Counted from the first letter of the stretch, positions 41,720-53,789 are shown. The stretch is DNA of 64,000 bases from Octopus sinensis (GCF_006345805.1 NC_043002.1:90024001-90088000), one strand, 5' to 3'. A program made the numbers and translations. Notes: generated by a model from the sequence alone, not told the origin.

Positions 41720-43390
41720 TGATAGAAAATTTTACGTAAACATTTCTGCTGGAGGAAAATTTGCTGAGAAATTTTGTTACAGGAAAATTTACTGTATAGG
41801 AAAATTCACTATTAAAAAAAAAAAATTGCAAAAAGAGAATTAGTTGTTTTCTTAAAATGTCAATTTTATCAACCAGCCTATTAGAGAAAGGTAATTTCTT
41901 TAAAATGAGTTATCTACTTTACAGTCGGCTTGTATACGATTTTTGATGGATATTTCTGTGCACCTCACTCATTGCAATGGTCTATAACAGTGGAAACTAG
42001 CAGAGGTGGAGTGAAATTAGTGGATGACTTGGACTATGTTTACTGAATAGATGGAAAATACAATGAAAAGAAAAACATATTGGAAATATGAAAATAAATG
42101 TTCACAATAACAATTATTACAGGTTGTTTATTTCATATGGCTAAGGATATTTATTGCAAGATTGTGGATATTGGTTTAAAGTTGTGCTATCAAACAGATG
42201 CAGAACTTAACAGCAAAATCAAATGCTTCACAGCATTAACATTTCTTCCAGTGCAGGATGTTTATTGATGAGTCTATTGAATTGACTGATGATGATTTGT
42301 CCCAAGAATTTCTCTCTTATTTTGAAACTCATCATCATCATCATTATCATCATCGTTTAACATCCATTTTCCATGTTAGCATAGGTTGGACGGTTCAACT
42401 GGGGTCTGGGAAGCCAGGAGGCTGTGCCAGGCTCCAGTCTGATCTGGCAGTATTTCTACAGCTGGATGCCCTTCCTAATGCCAACCACTCCATGAGTGCA
42501 GTAGGTGCTTTTTACGTGCCACCAGCACAGGGGCCAGAGGAGGCTGTCAAATGGTCACAATTGGTTATTGCTTTTTACTTGTCACTGACATGGACGCCAG
42601 TCAGGCGGTGCTGGCATCAGCCACGTTTGGATGGTGCTTTTTATGTGCCACCAGCACTGGTATCATAACTACAATTTCCACTTGATTTTTATTTTGATGT
42701 TGGGTTGACGTATTTGACTCAATAGGTCTCCTCAAGCACAATGGGTCACTCTACGATCCAAGGTTAGCACAGCAGGCCATCCTCACTATATAGAAAAAGA
42801 ATGAGGTTGTAGCCAACATTTCTATTGGCCCACATTTCTTATGGAATTGTGGAATGTTTTTGAAAGAGCTCAAAAATAATATGATGAGAGCAAGCAACAA
42901 TATAGAAGGCTTCCACAATGCAATACAAAGCTCTATTCCTAACATGCTTCCAAATATCTGGAAACTCATAACTTATTTGAAAAGGGAAGAGAGTTTAGCA
43001 AGAAAGAAAATGTGTGATTTAGATTAAGGAGATATGGCAGAGACAAAGAAAATGTATATCGATATTAATGCAAGACTTGAGAGACAAATGCCTCGATATA
43101 ATCTGCAACAAAAAGTACATTATTTGTGCAGCATTGCTTGGAATTTTCATACATTTTAAATGACCTCATCACATTTTTTTAATGTTTGACATTGAATAAA
43201 GATTTACCTATTTAATGCTTTATAAAATCTTTTATCATTATTTTTCATTTTATTTTTAAAATGCTGATATAACATGCTTTATCATTGTCCATACTGCAAA
43301 TTTGTCTTACATTGGATTTTCCTATACTGTGAAATTTTCTTACAGTAAATTTTCCTATTTCCTATCGCAAAATTTCTGAACATGAAAATA
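41720..43390 (+). mobile_element. Mutator-like (MULE) transposon remnant with repetitive subterminal inverted arrays, split by a SINE
   Basis: GCLFHMAKDIYCKI...ALTFLP (CxxH), FLSYFET|HYI, WNVFER, RASNNIEGFHNAI...PNIWKLI. GGAAAATT-type arrays at 41725-41812 and inverted at 43315-43378. Confidence 0.8.
42330..42785 (-). mobile_element. SINE family C inserted in the MULE transposase
   Basis: (CAT)n tail and CTGGATGCCCTTCCTAA domain; interrupts the YFET/HYI codons. Confidence 0.8.
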
Positions 43391-44008
43391 TCAGTTGATG
43401 CTCATAAGTGATAATGTTGCATGTGATAATGCTGAAAATGTTTTGGGTTGTCTTAAAATTTATTGAGAGAAATAACATTACTCTTTGTCATTGAGGGAGA
43501 ACACCCTCAGTACACCTTGCTGTTTTGTTTAATTTATGAAGATGTGTGTTTGTGTTCTTTGACTAATTTATATTATCATCCACTTAATTGTATTCCTGTG
43601 TTTTTCTTTCATGAATAAGGAATTAGAATTAAACAAAATAATTTGAGTTAGTCAAAGTGAACATAAAGAAACGTTGCAAGGCATTTTGCTTGGAGCTCTT
43701 ATCCTTTTATTTTCATTGTAAGATAGAATGGCAATTTATATCTCATATATCATGAAAATAGAACAGTGCATTTATATCTCACATATCATGAATATAATGA
43801 TTTTTTTCCATGAAGAACAGGAGTACTTGATGAAAAGAGTACATGATTAAAACAATCCTCGTATTATTAATGATTATTTTATCCACCTTTAATGGAATTA
43901 TAGTCAAAATTACTGCCTCACAGTGGGGCAAAATACATGTGGTCTGACAGTTTACAAATTGTTCCAGCTCTCTCTAGATGATGTTCTCCTCCTCCTCCTC
44001 CTCTCCCC

Positions 44009-44040
<32 letters not shown>

Positions 44041-44122
44041 GAGCACAACAAGAATTCCAAGATTGAGAAAAAAACACAGCTAATGATGATTATGATGCAA
44101 TAAAAATTAATAGTAACAATAA

Positions 44123-44157
<35 letters not shown>

Positions 44158-44889
44158 AATTATAATAAATGACGTTAATATTCAGGATTGTATCACAACC
44201 ACCACCGCCACCACCACCACCATAAACTTCACCACCACCACCATGGCCATTACTGAATCCGATTGTGTCTTTTTGCTCCTGGCTAACAATGTTAGTGAAT
44301 TTTAGTGAAAAATCAATGATGTATAAAATACTGGATCAGTGATTGAAGCAACAGATGAATCTCAGGTCATGCTTGAATGATCTTTGCAGATTATCTCTTC
44401 TCCTTGATTGCACACTGCAGATAATTAACAGTTATAAGCTAGAAAGATATATTAAAGACATGATTGAGTTGATACTTTTTAAGGCTACACACACACACAC
44501 ACACACACGTATATATATATATATATATATATAGACACATGCTCATACATATGGACACACATATGAGTGTACGTTATTATGCTTTTTGCATTTTCAACTG
44601 TTTTTTTTTTTTTTCCATTTATTCATCATTTTAATGAGAAAGAGTTGAGCTTAAGTAAACTCTGTGTGTGACAGTCTGTGTGACAGTGTGTGTGTGTGTG
44701 TGTGTGTATGTGATTCTATTCTGCAAATTAATTTCTTTACTGTAGCTCTGATGCAACTAAAAACTGTCAATCTTCAAACAAAAACATGCCAACGTTCATT
44801 ATTGCTAGGGTGAGGGAAAGAAAACCAAACAAAATTGTAAGAAAATTGTAAAACCGAATGTGTATATATATTCATTATATTTGAGTGTA

Positions 44890-44929
<40 letters not shown>

Positions 44930-45175
44930 AATATATGTTTTTATCTTCTAAGCTTTGCTTTTTCACTTGCTTCAGTCATTGGACTACAGCCATGCTGGGA
45001 CACTGCTTTGAAGGATTTAGTTGAGCAAATCAACCCCAGTACTTATGGTTTTTTTTTTTTAATTTGGTACTTTAGCCAATTTGCTAGTTTATAGAGATGT
45101 AACACACCAACATTGATTGCCAAGTGGTGATGGGTGGACAAATGCAGGAACACAAGTATACATACACACACATAC

Positions 45176-45359
45176 ATGGCTCGTATAGTGAATGGGGAAA
45201 GCTTAGTCTGCAATGTTTGCAGTCGTGTATGCTTGTCAAGAGCAGGGCTCATTAGCCACCAACGAAGCCGCAAATGCAAAAATATAGTTAGTCCTAGAGC
45301 GCACAATGTTCCTGAAGGTCGGCAATGGTCTTCCTCGGTCACGAGTGGACGGCCATCAT

Positions 45360-45363
<4 letters not shown>
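45176..45363 (+). mobile_element. RTE LINE 3' end with C2H2 zinc finger, nested in a minus-strand SINE A (about 44960-45590)
   Basis: CNVCSRVCLSRAGLISHQRS and a 3' end ...GAGTGGACGGCCATCATCATC. Confidence 0.65.
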
Positions 45364-45432
<69 letters not shown>

Positions 45433-45449
45433 ATATTATATATATATAG

Positions 45450-45519
<70 letters not shown>

Positions 45520-46108
45520 AAGGGCTTCTTTCAGTTTCTTTCTACCAAATACACCACAAACCTTTGATTGTTTCAGGGCTATAGTCAAGGATACTGTAAT
45601 ATGAAAATAAAACTTACAAGTGATATATGATCCGTGGAAAGCTGACGTAAATTGATGATGGTTGTGATGATGGTGGTGATGATGATGATGACAACTTATG
45701 TTTGTATTTACAGCTTTAAACTTGCATTTGAACATGTCTTTGACTAAGTACATTTTTATATCAAGAAAGCTACTAAATATCAATGCTGTTATTAAACATT
45801 TTCTTGCACTATATTGAATTTATCTGCTGTAGTTAACAGTTTTTATTTAAAATATTTACAGTTTTATGTTTCATCAGAATATAGTAAGTTATTTAATGAA
45901 CAAATTATTTCGAAAAACTTAATAGTTTTTTTCAATAAGTAATATTTCGATTTGGTTTTGTTTAAAACGAAAGTGCAGCAATTTCTTATCTTTTACTGGT
46001 TTCACTAAATTTACCATGACCATACTGATGAACTGCTTTGAGGGGTTTAGTTGAATAAACCACTCTCAGTACATATTTTTTTTAAAGTCCAGTACTTATT
46101 CATGGATG

Positions 46109-46488
46109 GAAGCACTCCGTCGGTTACGACAACGAGGGTTCCAGTTGATCCGATCAACGGAACAGCCTGCTCGTGAAATTAACATGTAAGTGGCTGAGCA
46201 CTCCACAGACACGTGTACCCTTAATGTAGTTCTCGGGGATATTCAGCATGACACAGAGTGTGACAAGGCTGGCCCTTTGAAATACAGGTACAACAGAAAC
46301 AGGAAGTAAGAGCGTGAGAGAAGTTGTGGTGAAAGAGTACAGCGGATCACCACCATCCCTGCCGGAGCCTCGTGGAGAGTTAGGGTTTTCGCTCAATACA
46401 ACACTCACAACGCCCGGTCTGGAATCGAAACCACAATCCTACGACCGCGAGTCCGCTGCCCTAACCACTGGGCCATTGCGCCTCCACA
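46109..46488 (-). mobile_element. tRNA(Arg)-related SINE family D (probably octopus OR type), full length
   Basis: Minus strand head GTGGAGGCGCAATGGCCCAGTGGTTAGGGCAGCGGACTCGCGGTC...GGTTTCGATTCC has boxes A and B and a TCG anticodon-like loop. Confidence 0.85.
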
Positions 46489-46498
46489 CTTATTCATG

Positions 46499-46830
46499 AC
46501 GGCGCATAGCTCAGTGGTAAGAGCATCAGACTTACAATCATGAGGTAGTGCTTTCAATACCTGGACCAGGCTGTGTGTAGTGTTCTTGAGCAAGACACTT
46601 TATTTCACATTGCTCCCGTTCACTCAGCTGTAGAAATGAGTTGATATCATTGGTGCCAAGCTGTATCAGCCCTTTTTGCCTTTCCCTTGGATAACATCAG
46701 TGGCACGCAGAGGAGAGGTTGGTATTCCTGGGTCACTGCTGGCTTTCCATAAAAAAAAATCTTGCCTGGACTTCTGCCTTGGAGGGGATCTTTCTAGGTG
46801 CAATCCTATGGTCATTCATGACTGAAGGAG
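46499..46830 (+). mobile_element. SINE family D tail variant 2, head-to-head with the previous SINE
   Basis: GGCGCATAGCTCAGTGGTAAGAGCA head; homologous to 15842-16110. Confidence 0.8.
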
Positions 46831-47234
46831 ATTCCTGGTACTTATTCTATTGGTCACCTTTGCTGAACCAAGTTACAGGGACATAAACAAACAAACCCAT
46901 ACCAGTTGCTGAATGGTGAGGGGACAGGCAAAACAAAAGGACACATGCACATAGACACACATGCATGTGCATGCGAACATGTGCACACAGGCACACAGAG
47001 CCACACACATGTATGCACAACCATTTATTTCGATAGGTTTCTTTCAGTTTCCATCTACCAAATTCACTCACGAAGCTTTGCTTGTCTCAGTGCTATAGTA
47101 GAAATCACTTGCTCAAGGTGCAACACAGTGGGACTGAACCTAGAACCATGTGGTTGGGAAGCAAAACTTTTTACCACACAACCATGTTTGCATGTTTTAA
47201 TTCTGGATTAATTCTTTTGATGAAGAAAATACTA

Positions 47235-48168
47235 TGGCTGTGTGGTAAGAAGCTTGCTTCCCAAAAACGTAGTTTCAGGTTTAGTCCTACTGTGTGGCAC
47301 CTTGGGCAAATGTCTTCTACTATAGCTTCAGGCCAACCAAAGCCTTGTGAGTGGATTTGGTAGACAGAAACTGAAAGAAGTCCATCATATATATATATAC
47401 TAGCAGCATAGCCCGGCGTTGCCCGGGTATGTAAGAGCCCCTAGTAGGCAACGACTAATCCCAATCTAGTCCTTTCCCTCTAGGGAACGAAGGCGCATGT
47501 GTAGGTTGCAATGTCTTTTCTTCACTCCCAAATAACTATCAAACAGCTATCGATAATTCAACCCAACCAATTCCTACCAGGAACAAATTACATTCGAGAC
47601 TTTACCCCCAACTTCTGCTAATAGCTGCTGCAGTCGCAAGTTATTTGAATACTTTTTTTTTTACACTTTCTTTATAACTACCACCCCAAACGTTTTACCT
47701 TAAATTTTTGATGTACCCTAAGGGTCCTCGGACACTACTTGCAAACTCTGGTTTATTATAAACTGCTTTTGTCGTGTGCATCAAAAAACCTTTTCCATTC
47801 GTTTGTTCAGTTTGGTCACTTTTGACTTTTTCGTTGTTGTCACTCACATTGCTGGCCGTTTTTTGCGTTTTTGTACATTTTATACATTTTGGGATACTTA
47901 CCCCACGTGTTCCGAAAGTTAAAAGGGGTCGAGTTGCGTCCCCTAGACAGTCTGTAGAAAATGTGTTGCATATAAAAGCTTTAGATTCTCGACCCATGTC
48001 GAATTATCGATTTTTTTCAGAACTGGGGGAACTTTTCAAAATTTTCGCTGCGTTAGTTTTGAATTATGACATTGGGCTATGTGTGTGTCAAGTTTTATCA
48101 GAACCGTTGAAAGCTGTGGTCAGGGTGAGGGTACAACCTGACAGACACACAGACAGACAAACTGCCAT

Positions 48169-48207
<39 letters not shown>

Positions 48208-48452
48208 AAAGTATTGGTATCCAGAAGACCCATATGTATATATCTGTGTGTGTTTGTGTTTGTGCCCCCATCACCACTTGACAACTGGTGTTGGTGTGTT
48301 TACATCCCTGTAACTTAGTGTTTCGGCAAAAGAGACCAAAAGAATATGTACCAGGCTTACAAAGAATAAGTCATGGGGCCAATTTCTTCGACTAAAACCT
48401 TTTAAGGCGATGCTCCAGCATGGCCACAGTCAAATGACTGAAACAAATAAGA
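47235..48452 (+). mobile_element. SINE family A split by a Helitron
   Basis: 5' half at 47235-47390, 3' half at 48245-48452. Confidence 0.8.
47400..48178 (-). mobile_element. Non-autonomous Helitron
   Basis: Minus strand 3' end is hairpin CCCGGGCAACGCCGGG followed by CTAG; 5' end TATATAATGGCAGTTTGTCTGTCTGTG. Same terminal design as 19384-19771. Confidence 0.8.
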
Positions 48453-48514
48453 AATTTAAAAAATGAACGAATAAAACTAACAATATTAATGCTTTGATAT
48501 TTTTTTTATTTTAG

Positions 48515-48613
48515 GCTGGTGGCTGTGATAAAAGGGAAGACTAGTGTTACGAAAGGAATACATCTCACAAAGGGACTCATGTGATGTGGATATAGGTGTT
48601 GTTGGATGAGGCT
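48515..48613 (+). other. 5' UTR part of the first coding exon
   Basis: Strong acceptor TTTTTTTTATTTTAG|G at 48514/48515; in-frame TAG at 48593 upstream of the ATG. Confidence 0.6.
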
Positions 48614-48751
48614 ATGGCTGCTGCAGAATTCCAGGGTACAGATGCTGCCGCCGCCGCTGCTCACTGGCAGGAAAGATGCCATACTTTGGAGGCATCCCTG
48701 GAAAAATTTCGTTTGCAAACGCTTAGGATACGGGAAGCATTGGGAGAGCAG
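48614..48751 (+). CDS. PLEKHH1/2: First coding exon of a pleckstrin homology, MyTH4 and FERM domain protein (PLEKHH1/2, MAX-1-like), N-terminal coiled coil
   Basis: MAAAEFQGTDAAAAAAHWQERCHTLEASLEKFRLQTLRIREALGEQ (46 codons) resembles, from memory, the vertebrate PLEKHH1/2 N-terminus W..RC..LE..L..FR.QA.KIRELL..K. Ends at a canonical phase-0 donor CAG|GTGAGT. No further exon recognised in the window. Confidence 0.82.
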
Positions 48752-48899
48752 GTGAGTACTGTAATTTGTTCTGAATGCTTTTAGGGAGAATTCTTGTATT
48801 TCAGAAATATAAAATAGTTGCTGGTATAGCTATGTGGTAAGCAGTTTGCTTCCCAACCAAATAATTCCATGTTCAGTCCCGCTGGGTAGCACCTTGATC

Positions 48900-49122
48900 A
48901 CATGAGCAGCCCAGCTAAGAAGTGCAAAGCAGAGGAGAAAAGAGCCTGCAAGTACACCACCTGCACTGACCTGTAATCCTCATACTTGCAACATCTGTGG
49001 GATTCTTTGCAAATCATTGGTAGGGCTCAAATGTCACATTTGACATAAGCATTACAACTGACAAAGAAAGTGTAGGTTGTCAGATCTCCATATGTCAAAA
49101 CTGATGCGAGAGTCCATCATAT
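48900..49122 (+). mobile_element. Decayed RTE 3' end with C2H2 finger
   Basis: CNICGILCKSLVGLKCHI, similar to 29790-30005. Confidence 0.5.
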
Positions 49123-49326
49123 ATTCTTTTACTTCTTACAGTCGTTTGACTGCAGTCATGCTGGAGAACTGCCTTTAGTTGAACAAATCGACCCCAGGAC
49201 TTATTCTTTGTAAGTTTAGTACTTATTCTATCAGCCTCTTTTGCCGAACCGCTAAGTTATGAGGAGGTAAACATTGGTATTTATACTAGCTGTATTACCT
49301 TGTAATACCCAGAAAAGCAGGGATCA

Positions 49327-49632
49327 TCTCCCATAAAAACACGTTTGGTTATGGGGAAATATTACCTTACTTGGAAACAAGTGAGGGTTGGCAACAGGAA
49401 GGGCACTTGACCATAGAAAATCCGCCTCAACAAAATTTCCATGTGAGCATGGAAAAGTGAATATAAAAATGATGGTGATGATGATGATGAATATAGAAAA
49501 AGTTAAGTCTTGTCAAAGTGATAAATATTCTAAAGTAATACCACAGCAGTTTGTTTCAATTGATGTTTTCACCCATGTGACATTGATTTATGTCGTAGAA
49601 ACTGAACCTAAAAGGTAAAAAAAGAAAGAAAA
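49327..49632 (+). repeat. About 300-bp direct repeat, copy 1 (copy 2 at 52625-52936)
   Basis: Near-identical SINE-C-like tail plus about 130 bp of flanking sequence. Confidence 0.85.
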
Positions 49633-49799
49633 CAAAGTTTCATGCCTTATGTTTCCTGTTCAGTTCCTGTTTTAGTTCTGCTCTTATTCCTATTCCCAAT
49701 CCTATGTCAATATATGAATTTTAAAATCAGTTAAGTGTAATTAAGCCATTGAATATTTTATTAACCTATATGGTAACAGTTTATTGCCAAAAATAGGTA

Positions 49800-49834
<35 letters not shown>

Positions 49835-50415
49835 AATTTGGCTCAAAAGCAAATAGCAAGGCCATGTAGGGGGACATGAAGTTAAGTACAGGGTGGTGTT
49901 CATGTAAAGAGTTCAAGCCACTTGAGGTCAAGGGAGGCTTTGAACAAACCGGTCGTCGGCATCTTCACCATCTCGTCTGGCAGCTTGTTCCACGGATCCG
50001 CAACCCGTACGGAGAAAGCTCCTCTCCTCCGATTGAGATGAAATCGTCGCAGGTAGAGCTTTTCGGAATGACCCCGCAGCTGACGCTCTGGAGCAGGAGT
50101 GAAGAACAGCTCTTTCGAGAGGTTACACTTTCCGCTTATGATGTTGTGGGCGAGAATGAGATCACCACGGCGGCGGCGTTTTTCTAGAGAATAAAGGTCG
50201 AGCGTCCTCAGCCTTTCTTCATAGGACAAATTTTTGAGACCATGAACCATGCGGGTAGCCAGCTTCTGGACTCTTTCGAGATGTTGTATGTCTTTGAGGA
50301 GATAAGGAGAAGAGGCTTGAATCCCATACTCCAATATGGGTCTCACCAGCGTGACATAGAGTGGTAGGAATATGGCTGCTGTGAGCATTCCGAATGACCG
50401 TCGAATCAAGAACAA
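49800..50415 (-). mobile_element. Young 5'-truncated CR1/L2-group LINE with (TAAC)n tail
   Basis: Uninterrupted 171-aa ORF: LY.TLVRPILEY...LERVQKLATRMV..L..LSYEERL..L.LYSLEKRRRRGDLI...RGHS.KL...FSVRV...WNKLP. CpG-rich. Confidence 0.92.
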
Positions 50416-51383
50416 TCTACAATCTATTAATACAATTAGTGAGTGAATAAAGAATGTCCCTATGTCATTTTAACAAATGAATATGCATCTGAGTAAAATA
50501 AATGAGATAAATAGATAGATTTATAAATACATTGACAAATAGTTCACGCAGTGTAGCTGGTGTTGTCGTGTGTCGTAGCTTATCGTAGCTGATTTGTAAA
50601 CATGTACTACAGCCCCCATCCCTGGGGTGGAGCTTTATAGATATCCAATTTGTCTATAATTCAGCTGGATGTTAGGAACAAATAAATAAAAAATCGAATT
50701 TAACATGGAAAATTATTTCAATATACCAAATTTGAAAATTTTGACGTGATTTTAAAATCTCTCAATACGTGACAGCTACAAGGAAGACCTTACAAAAGTA
50801 GGGAGACAGACAGTTATTGGATGTTACACACACACACATGCGCGCACACATACAAATTTACAAACATACACACAGGTAATCACGAGTTTAAAATGGTGTA
50901 TAGTAGATATGTGTATGTATGTATGTATGCATATATATGTATGTGTCTGTGTGCATGTTTCTTTTCGATGGACAGCAGAAAAGCCACCTACCTCCTCTCT
51001 ACTTAAAGCTACGGATTCCTCACACCCACTTTCTGTATGTATATGTATTGTATCTATGTATTTATGAAAGTATGTATGCAGCATCACGTATATATGACAG
51101 CTCTACTAATGTTACCATCCCATTTCACTGCTGTTTTTGCCTTCACTGACATAGGTCACCCTCTCTCTGTTACCACCTCAGACATACTTCTCATCTTAAC
51201 ATATAATTAGTCCAACGCCTCTGGGGGACACCATTATGAATTTTTATTGAAATCCAATTAGCCTATTATTGAACTGGATGTTAGTGTCATGTGTATGCAA
51301 AGTTTCATGAATATTGGTTCAGTGGTTTAGGCACTAAGCTGGTAACAGACAGACAGAAATTGCTACATATATACAGATTGTGG

Positions 51384-51643
51384 TTAGCAACAGGGGTTGC
51401 TGTGTATATGAATGAAAATCCAAATTTAGGGAATGGGGTAAGTCAAATCCAGGTTAAATATGTTTCCAAGCTAGCAGAACCGCAGAAGTAATAACCTGAT
51501 GAGTAGCTAGTGGAATAGCTCTTGTTGAGTAATTACTACTTCCGAGGTTCTACTAGGTAGGAAACATATGTAGACTAGATTTTACCTTCTCCATTCCCTA
51601 AATTTGGATTTTTATTTGCATACACAGCAACCCCAGTTGTTAA
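51384..51643. repeat. About 65-bp inverted repeat arms enclosing a hammerhead motif
   Basis: GGGGTTGCTGTGTAT..AAT.AAAATCCAAATTTAGGGAATGG against CCATTCCCTAAATTTGGATTTTTATTTGCATACACAGCAACCCC. Confidence 0.85.
51491..51578 (+). ncRNA. Type I hammerhead ribozyme, partly degenerate
   Basis: CTGATGA-GTAG-CTAGTGGAA...TTCTACTAG-GTAG-GAAAC-ATAT-GTA^. Core intact, 9-bp stem II, palindromic ACATATGT; stem I is poor. Confidence 0.65.
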
Positions 51644-51912
51644 CTGTTAACTATAAAATAACTTTTTTCAGCTTATTGAATTTGATATGAGAAAAATTTA
51701 TAACCTTCTACTTTAATAGACCACTATTGCTCCTGAAAGTTGCTTTTTCTACCTTCTACAGACTACTTGAAGCTTAATAACTTCCTACACCTGAATCCTT
51801 GGATCTTATCTTTACATATCATTATATATATATATCAACCCATGCTAGCATGGAAAATGGACGTTAAATGATGATGATGATGATGATGATGATATATACA
51901 TATATATATATA

Positions 51913-52100
51913 GGGAGAGTTCACGAAAAAAACAAAGACGAAGACAGGTGGTGTAGAAAACAAACAGATGTATTAGTATAACGCTCGGGAATTGAAAATG
52001 TCTTATGTTTTGAGCCTATGCTCTTCCACAGAAAGGATCACAGAAAGAAACAAGGAGAGAAAAAAATGTGTGTTGTAGCTACTGATCTATCATGCGATCT
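51913..52100 (-). mobile_element. About 190-bp TA-inserted element with hammerhead-like motif
   Basis: Minus strand CTTT-CTGTGGAA-GAGC-ATAG-GCTC-AAAAC-ATA-AGA (52001-52035) is consistent with CpG decay of CGAAACGTA. Homolog at 31312-31516. Confidence 0.55.
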
Positions 52101-52107
52101 ATATATA

Positions 52108-52471
52108 GGCGCAGGAGTGGCTGTGTGGCAAGTAGCTTGTTTACCAACCACATGGTTCTGGGTTCAGTTCCACTGCATGGCACCTTGGGCAAGTGTCTTC
52201 TACTATAGCCTTGGGTCGACCAATGCCTTGTGAGTGGATTTGGTAGATGGAAACTGAAAGAAGCCCATCGTATATATGTATATCTGTATATATGTGTGTG
52301 TGTGTTTGTGTGTCTGTGTTTGTCCCCCTAGCATTGCTTGACAACCGATAGAATAAGTACTGGGCTTACAAAAGAATAAGTCCCGGGGTTGAGTTGCTCG
52401 ATTAAATGTGGTGCTCCAGCATGGCCGCAGTCAAATGACTGAAACAAGTAAAAGAGTAAAAGAGTAAAGAG
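52108..52471 (+). mobile_element. SINE family A
   Basis: Head-to-tail match with a short internal deletion. Confidence 0.88.
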
Positions 52472-52624
52472 TATGTATGTATGTATGTGTGTATGTATGT
52501 ATGTATGTATGCATGCATGTATGTATGTGTGTATATTTTTACAGGTTTATGTCTCCTTGTCCTGACACAATGTGATTGTTGTTAATGAATGTCACCATCA
52601 TGCAAGCTGTATCCTTTGTTCCAA

Positions 52625-52936
52625 ATCTCCCATGCAAACACGTTTAGTTATGGGGAAATATTACCATACTTGGAAAAAGATGAGGGTTGGCAACAGGAAG
52701 GGCACTTGACCATAGAAAATCCGCCTCAACAAAATTTCCATGTGAGCATGGAAAAGTGAATATAATAATGATGGTGATGATGATGATGAAAATAGAAAAA
52801 GTTAAAGTCTTGTCAAAGTGATAAATATTCTAAAGTAATACCACAGCAGTTTGTTTCAATTGATGTTTTCACCCATGTGACATTGATTTATGTCGTAGAA
52901 ACTGGGCCCAAAAGGTAAAAAAAAAAAAGAAAGAAA
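52625..52936 (+). repeat. About 300-bp direct repeat, copy 2
   Basis: See 49327-49632. Confidence 0.85.
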
Positions 52937-53349
52937 AAAAAGAAGGAAATTGAAGTGAAGGTGCTTAAGTTATCTGACAAGTTTTTTCATGTTGTTGCTG
53001 TTTCCCTTCATTTTGTTCTAAAGTTTGGAGTTTTGTTATCACACAATGATGCTAAGATAATGAAAATAAAAGCTTGCCAGATCTAAAACAATATTTGTTT
53101 TTATACATTTTAGAGAGTCTGTGCAGCTGCTAGATGCATATGTTTGTCAGATGATTTATAATTCTGTCTTAATATTCAGTTGCATGGGCATGGCACTGTT
53201 TGGGGGTGGGGGTAGAGGGCTTGGCACAATTGTTAGAGTGCCAGGCAAAATACTATCTTGCAGTATTTCGTTACATTCATTTAGTTTTTTTTGTTTCGTT
53301 TCTCTTAAACCAACACCAGTTGTCAAATAGCAGGGAAGAAACACACACA

Positions 53350-53388
<39 letters not shown>

Positions 53389-53392
53389 CATT

Positions 53393-53789
53393 CTTTTACT
53401 CTTTTACTTGTTTCAGTCATTTGACAGTGGACATGCTGGAGCACTGCCTTTAAGGGCTTTTAGTCGAAAAAATCGACCCCGCCCCACAAGTCTTATTCAT
53501 TGTAATCCTAGTTCTTATTCTATCGGTTTCTTTTGCTGAATCACTAAGTACAGGGAAATAAGCACATCAACATCGGTTGTCAAGCAATGGTGGGGTGGGG
53601 GTGGGGGGGGGCAAACAGAAACAAAGACACACACATAAAAATAAATATATATATATACCTATGATGGGCTTATTTGGTCAGCCTGAGGCTATAGTAGAAG
53701 ACACTTGCCCAAGATGCCATGCAGTAGGACTGAACCTGAAACCAAGTGGTTGAGAAGCAAGTTTCTTGCCACGTAGTCACGCCTGCACC

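Noticed and set aside
47774-48313. 179-aa ORF
   Set aside because: It lies in a non-autonomous Helitron, runs into microsatellite and SINE sequence, and has no recognisable domain.
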